From: a bacterium
GTDB taxonomy: Bacteria; BMS3Abin14
NCBI GenBank assembly: GCA_020349685.1
Contig: CP070698.1
Coordinates: 1,559,608-1,570,983, forward strand
Reading direction: 5' to 3'
DNA length: 11,376 bases
Every line of letters begins with the position of its first letter. Within the stretch, counting starts at the first letter, position 1. A program made the translations under genes and the position numbers. The notes beneath the pieces are model-generated. The model had not been told where the DNA came from, searched no databases, and worked only from the letters and a program-made list of their open reading frames with translations. Shown here one piece after another: positions 7,754 through 11,376 of the stretch.

Positions 7754-8659
7754 ATGAACAGTGACAACCTCATCCTGGACAACCTTACCGGCGACAGCGG
7801 CTTTTTTCTGCGCTATGAAAGGGAGATCGCCCGTTTTCAATCCCCTTTCCAGGAGGTCAGGCTGGTCCAATCCCAGACCTATGGACAGGTTCTCCTCCTC
7901 GATGGAAAGGTGCAATCCACTCAGGTGGATGAATTTATCTACCATGAAGCCCTCGTCCATCCGGCCATGCTCAGCCACCCCCAGCCGAGGTCGGTCTACA
8001 TAGCGGGGGGAGGAGAGGGCGCCACCCTGCGCGAGGTTCTTCGCTATAAAAGCGTGCAGGAGGCCGTCATGGTCGATCTGGACGAGGAGGTGGTCAGGAT
8101 CTGCAGGGAATACCTCCCCTCATGGCATCAGGGGGCATTTGACGATCCCCGGACGAGGCTCCTTCACGAGGATGCCCGGGCGATCCTGGAAAGGGAGGAG
8201 AAGCGATACGACGTCATTATCCTGGACCTTTCCGAACCGGTGGACGAGGGGCCTTCCTACATGCTCTTTACAGAGGAATTTTACGCCCTGTGCCGCGAAC
8301 GGCTCAATCCCGGAGGTCTGGTGGTGACACAGTCAGGGTGCCCGTCGTTCGTCTACGCCAAGCCCTTCCATTCGGTCACCCTGACCATGGAGCGGGTGTT
8401 TGCAAAGGTGGCTCCCTACCTCGTCTTCATCCCCTCTTTCGCCTCCAACTGGGGTTTTACGGTCGCTTCCGACCGCTGGTTGCCCCTGGACGTCCCGGTA
8501 GAGGAAATGGCCCTCCGGATGGAAAATTTCGACAGGGGCCTGCAGTTCCTCGATCCGGAATATCTTCCAGGCATGTTCCGCCTGCCCAAACATCTGAAGG
8601 TCATAAAAAATGATGTCGGAAGGGTGATCAGGGACGGGAAACCGCTGATCGTGATTTGA
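7754..8659 (+). CDS. speE: Polyamine aminopropyltransferase (spermidine synthase family, GGGEG type)
   Basis: Motifs SPFQEV, GQVLLLDGKVQST..DEFIYHEALVHPAM..HPQP, IAGGGEGATLREVL, VMVDLDEEVV, YDVIILDLSEP and LFTEEFY. The start is reassigned to ATG 7754, preceded by AAGGAGG at 7742-7748. Confidence 0.95.
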   Translation: MNSDNLILDNLTGDSGFFLRYEREIARFQSPFQEVRLVQSQTYGQVLLLDGKVQSTQVDEFIYHEALVHPAMLSHPQPRSVYIAGGGEGATLREVLRYKSVQEAVMVDLDEEVVRICREYLPSWHQGAFDDPRTRLLHEDARAILEREEKRYDVIILDLSEPVDEGPSYMLFTEEFYALCRERLNPGGLVVTQSGCPSFVYAKPFHSVTLTMERVFAKVAPYLVFIPSFASNWGFTVASDRWLPLDVPVEEMALRMENFDRGLQFLDPEYLPGMFRLPKHLKVIKNDVGRVIRDGKPLIVI

Positions 8660-8660
8660 A

Positions 8661-8695
8661 TCAGGAGACAGAAGTCAGGAATCAGGAGCCAGATT
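8661..8695. repeat. Heptamer tandem array (TCAGGAG family) x5
   Basis: TCAGGAG ACAGAAG TCAGGAA TCAGGAG CCAGATT, beginning 1 bp after the speE stop. Confidence 0.8.
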
Positions 8696-8727
8696 TCGGT
8701 GCATCTGAAAAGGTTTTAAACTTTACT

Positions 8728-8754
8728 ATCTATCATCCCCTTCATCCCTGTTCA
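8728..8754. repeat. Single arm of the nonamer (ATCCC-NNNN) repeat family
   Basis: ATCTATC ATCCCCTTC ATCCCTGTT CA. Positions 8734-8750 are the exact reverse complement of 9811-9827. Confidence 0.8.
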
Positions 8755-8825
8755 GAAAAAATAGGTCTTGGGAGGTTCCGCCTCAAGGTTATTCCCAGGC
8801 TCAGGACTTAGGTCAGAATTCAAGA

Positions 8826-9773
8826 TCAGGAGAAGGTCACCCTTTCTTCCTCATATGTACGGCCTGGCGTTTTGATCCCGGTGCGTTTGATCGGTTTGGG
8901 CTGAGGTATCCTGGTGTACCTCTTCTCCACGGGGATGTACTCCTTGATAAAATGCTTTGCGTGGTAGATGGTGACGAGCTTTTCCAAGAGGAGGAGCCCA
9001 CCGAAAAACATCCCCAGATAAAGCGTCGATGAGTCCCTCTGGGTGGACATGAAATATTGCAGGAAAAACAGGAAGGTGAAAAAGATCAGAAGGACCTCCG
9101 TGATGGCGTCGCCCAGGCCGATCCAGGGATGCCTTGTGTAGAAATATCCCCCACCTGGCAAAAAGATGGAGTAAAGCCGGGCGGTTCCGGGCTCCCTGAA
9201 CTCAAAACGGCAGCGCGGACAGGTAAACCTGTCCTTTACCAGGGGCGCCACACACCTGGGGCACAGGTGCTGCCTGCCTCCGTGCTGGGACGATGTGGAG
9301 ACAGTGGTTACCAGCTGTTTCAGGATCTGTACGAGGCGCTTTCCGTTCTTTATCTGGGAGAACACCTCCTTGATCCCGTTCTTATAACGGAAGGTGATGC
9401 GGCGCTTTCCCTTGAAGCTCTCGATATCCTGGAAGCGGACCTGGGCCACCGAGTCACGGGGTTTGAACCTGTAATTGGACGGAAAGTGAAGCACCCTTCT
9501 GTCCGTCAGGACGAGAATGCATCTCTTGATGTGGTAGATCCAGAGGCCTGTAGTGAGCTGCTCAACTGCCGTGAAAGGTGATGAACCGTGCGCTGCGAGA
9601 AGGATCTCCTCCCCCTCCTCGAGAACGTGCTTGAGTTCATCCACGTGATTTCTGAGGTACCTGAGCTGCTGCTTCTTGATCTTTTCCTGGAACTTGCCCT
9701 TAACGCTGGCAAAAGCGACCTCTCCCTTGATGGGGAGGTGCCTGAAAACGTCTTCGAGATTTTTAATTTTCAC
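8826..9773 (-). CDS. Hypothetical membrane protein: bacterial PH-like domain, CxxC zinc ribbon and C-terminal TM region
   Basis: 315 aa with a GTG start and AGGAGG 7 nt upstream. LEEGEEILL...ILVLTDRRVLHF...VRFQDIESF is a PH-like pattern. It is followed by CPRC-x10-CPRC, then LYSIFLPGGGYFY and two hydrophobic helices. Confidence 0.85.
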   Translation of the reverse strand: MKIKNLEDVFRHLPIKGEVAFASVKGKFQEKIKKQQLRYLRNHVDELKHVLEEGEEILLAAHGSSPFTAVEQLTTGLWIYHIKRCILVLTDRRVLHFPSNYRFKPRDSVAQVRFQDIESFKGKRRITFRYKNGIKEVFSQIKNGKRLVQILKQLVTTVSTSSQHGGRQHLCPRCVAPLVKDRFTCPRCRFEFREPGTARLYSIFLPGGGYFYTRHPWIGLGDAITEVLLIFFTFLFFLQYFMSTQRDSSTLYLGMFFGGLLLLEKLVTIYHAKHFIKEYIPVEKRYTRIPQPKPIKRTGIKTPGRTYEEERVTFS

Positions 9774-9804
9774 CAGGGAACCTCCTGAAAATTAAAAATA
9801 TGCA

Positions 9805-9919
9805 TTTCAGCAGGGATGAAGGGGATGGAAGGGATGGGCAGAACCATAATAACGTCTCTAAAAAAGGAATCTATTGATTTTTCCTTTTATCCCCTGTATC
9901 CCATTTATCCCTGTTAAAA
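9805..9919. repeat. Inverted pair of nonamer trimers (NNNNGGGAT x3 / ATCCCNNNN x3) around a 53-bp spacer
   Basis: Left arm is TTTC AGCAGGGAT GAAGGGGAT GGAAGGGAT (9805-9835). Right arm is ATCCCCTGT ATCCCATTT ATCCCTGTT AAAA (9889-9919). The arms are complementary at 24/31 positions by manual count. Confidence 0.88.
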
Positions 9920-9991
9920 CCGCTAGGGTTCAAATCTCTTTTTTCAGGAGCTCTTATCCATAGCTTCAATTAAGAGCTATCAGCTGCACTT

Positions 9992-11101
9992 TTACCAACC
10001 TTTTTTCCCTTCATCAAGAAGTACCCTCCTGCCACCACCGCACTCCCACACAGCGACCAGAGTGGCCTCGAAAAGAACAAAATCCTGGTGAAGGGGGGCT
10101 TTGACAGCCCCTCCGAAGGTGTGGTTGTCGCCGAAAGCCACATGGATCGTTCCGAGGATCTTTTCCGACTCCAGGACATTATCGGGCCTCGTTGCAGAAG
10201 GATTGGTGCCGATACCGAGTTCGGCGATGTTCCTGTTTTCCGGATGTGCCGACAAGATCCCTTCCAGCCAGCCAACTTCCCCGGAATCTTCACCTTCGAC
10301 CGATACAACCCTTCCGTTCTGGATGACCGCCCGGATGGGACTCTTAAACCTGGCCTGGGGGCCCCATTCAAGTACCAGGACACCCTCCGCCGTGCCTTCC
10401 ACCGGGGCAAGGAAGACCTCTCCCGCGGGCAGGTTGCCGAATTTCCCCCGTTCCGTTAACAAACCGTCATCCGGTATCACCAGACGGCCTGCCACACCCA
10501 GGACAAGTCTGGTACCGTTGGCGGAACTGATTTCACAGCGATCCGCGCCGATGAGCGTCCGCGCCAGAACGTTGGTGGATATAGCCAGGTCCTTCCAGTC
10601 CACATCCATGGACCCGAAGAACATATCCCTTTCGAAGAGAGGCATGCTGGCGTACCTCGCCCCGCAGATCTGGGTAAGGAGCTTTCTGAAGGATGTGTGG
10701 CTGGTGGAGTAGTGGGTGACGGCCACGATCACATCAGCCTGAAAACCTCCTGTCTCTTCGATGACACTGGCGGACCGGTCGATGATTTCCGTACCCCCTC
10801 CTTTGGCAAGGAGGGAGGAGAGCAGACCCTCTGCTCGGAGCCTCTCTGCGGTCCCGCTGCCCAGAAGAGCCGACCACACCTCCTCCGGCGGCTCCTGTCC
10901 GTGGCCGCCCACCGGGTCGAAGATGAGAGTCCGCGTCTGCGGATGCAGTTTTTCAGCCACCTCCCCGACCTCCCGGGCCAGCGCCCCTCCGTCGCCGGCG
11001 GAATCGCCCAGGATAAGGAGCCGCTCGTTCTCCTGAAGGCCCATGTTCACTTCGAGGAGGGATTGGACGGCGTTCTCGATGGAAGGTTTATCGCTCGGCA
11101 T
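9992..11101 (-). CDS. M29-family metallo-aminopeptidase (aminopeptidase T/AmpS-like)
   Basis: 369 aa with motifs GNLPAGEVFLAP, NIAELGIGTNP, LESEKILGTIHVAFGDN and HQD, which supply the expected E/E/E/H/H/D metal-site residues. Confidence 0.92.
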   Translation of the reverse strand: MPSDKPSIENAVQSLLEVNMGLQENERLLILGDSAGDGGALAREVGEVAEKLHPQTRTLIFDPVGGHGQEPPEEVWSALLGSGTAERLRAEGLLSSLLAKGGGTEIIDRSASVIEETGGFQADVIVAVTHYSTSHTSFRKLLTQICGARYASMPLFERDMFFGSMDVDWKDLAISTNVLARTLIGADRCEISSANGTRLVLGVAGRLVIPDDGLLTERGKFGNLPAGEVFLAPVEGTAEGVLVLEWGPQARFKSPIRAVIQNGRVVSVEGEDSGEVGWLEGILSAHPENRNIAELGIGTNPSATRPDNVLESEKILGTIHVAFGDNHTFGGAVKAPLHQDFVLFEATLVAVWECGGGRRVLLDEGKKGW

Positions 11102-11120
11102 AATAGAGATCCTCGCTTTG

Positions 11121-11166
11121 ATCTCAAATCTCAGATCTCATATCTCAAAAAAATCCAAGATCCAAG
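11121..11166. repeat. Heptamer tandem arrays (ATCTCAN)x4 and (ATCCAAG)x2
   Basis: ATCTCAA ATCTCAG ATCTCAT ATCTCAA (11121-11148), then AAAA, then ATCCAAG ATCCAAG (11153-11166). Confidence 0.85.
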
Positions 11167-11176
11167 AGAAGATCAA

Positions 11177-11310
11177 TTAACCACAGGGTACACAGGGTTT
11201 CACAGGGTTAAATTCAGATTCTAGAATCTATACTCTCGAATCTAGATTCATTATTTAAGTCTCTTGGTCACCCTGTGGAGCGACCTGCAAGGTGGTCGCG
11301 CTGTGGTTAG
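11177..11310. repeat. CACAGGGT 9/10-mer trimer with a degenerate inverted partner, enclosing a heptamer array
   Basis: Left arm is TTAAC CACAGGGTA CACAGGGTTT CACAGGGTTA (11177-11210). Inverted partners are ACCCTGTGG (11270-11278) and CTGTGGTTAG (11301-11310). The internal heptamers are CAGATTC TAGAATC TATACTC TCGAATC TAGATTC (11215-11249). Confidence 0.8.
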
Positions 11311-11376
11311 TTAGTCTTCAGGCTTTATGCTTCGTACTGCGTGCCGCCGATCAGGATTCCTTCCTGATCCCCAGCT

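Noticed and set aside
8767-8787. Small hairpin (GAGG-TTCCG-CCTC core) between convergent genes as a terminator
   Set aside because: The stem is short and bulged and the A/U tract is not adjacent, so the evidence is insufficient.
9949-9978. 8-bp inverted repeat AGCTCTTA-N14-TAAGAGCT downstream of the aminopeptidase
   Set aside because: It has an AT-rich stem, a long loop and no U-tract on the coding strand, so no function can be assigned.
11311-11376. Possible 3' end of an upstream minus-strand CDS, and the GATCAGGA/TCCTGATC inverted repeat (11349-11369)
   Set aside because: The region is truncated by the window edge and two frames are equally open, so neither a CDS nor a hairpin role can be supported.

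Overview
This is a GC-rich bacterial window, possibly deltaproteobacteria-like (low-confidence guess), with eight intact CDSs. The minus strand carries a tightly coupled TetR - TolC - MFP - RND permease efflux operon, with a sigma70 promoter and a perfect palindromic operator upstream. An exported coiled-coil protein of unknown function follows it. Divergent from the operon is a Thermus/ACL5-type (GGGEG) polyamine aminopropyltransferase (speE). Further right on the minus strand are an uncharacterised PH-like/zinc-ribbon/membrane protein and an M29-family aminopeptidase. The most unusual feature is non-coding. All six sizeable intergenic regions contain degenerate short-period tandem repeats (7-, 8- or 9-nt units), mostly arranged as inverted arms around a unique spacer. 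Near-identical copies recur about 1 kb and about 11 kb apart, and different unit families are nested. They look like several families of miniature dispersed palindromic elements whose mobilising gene is not in the window. No rRNA, tRNA, CRISPR array or transposase was seen.
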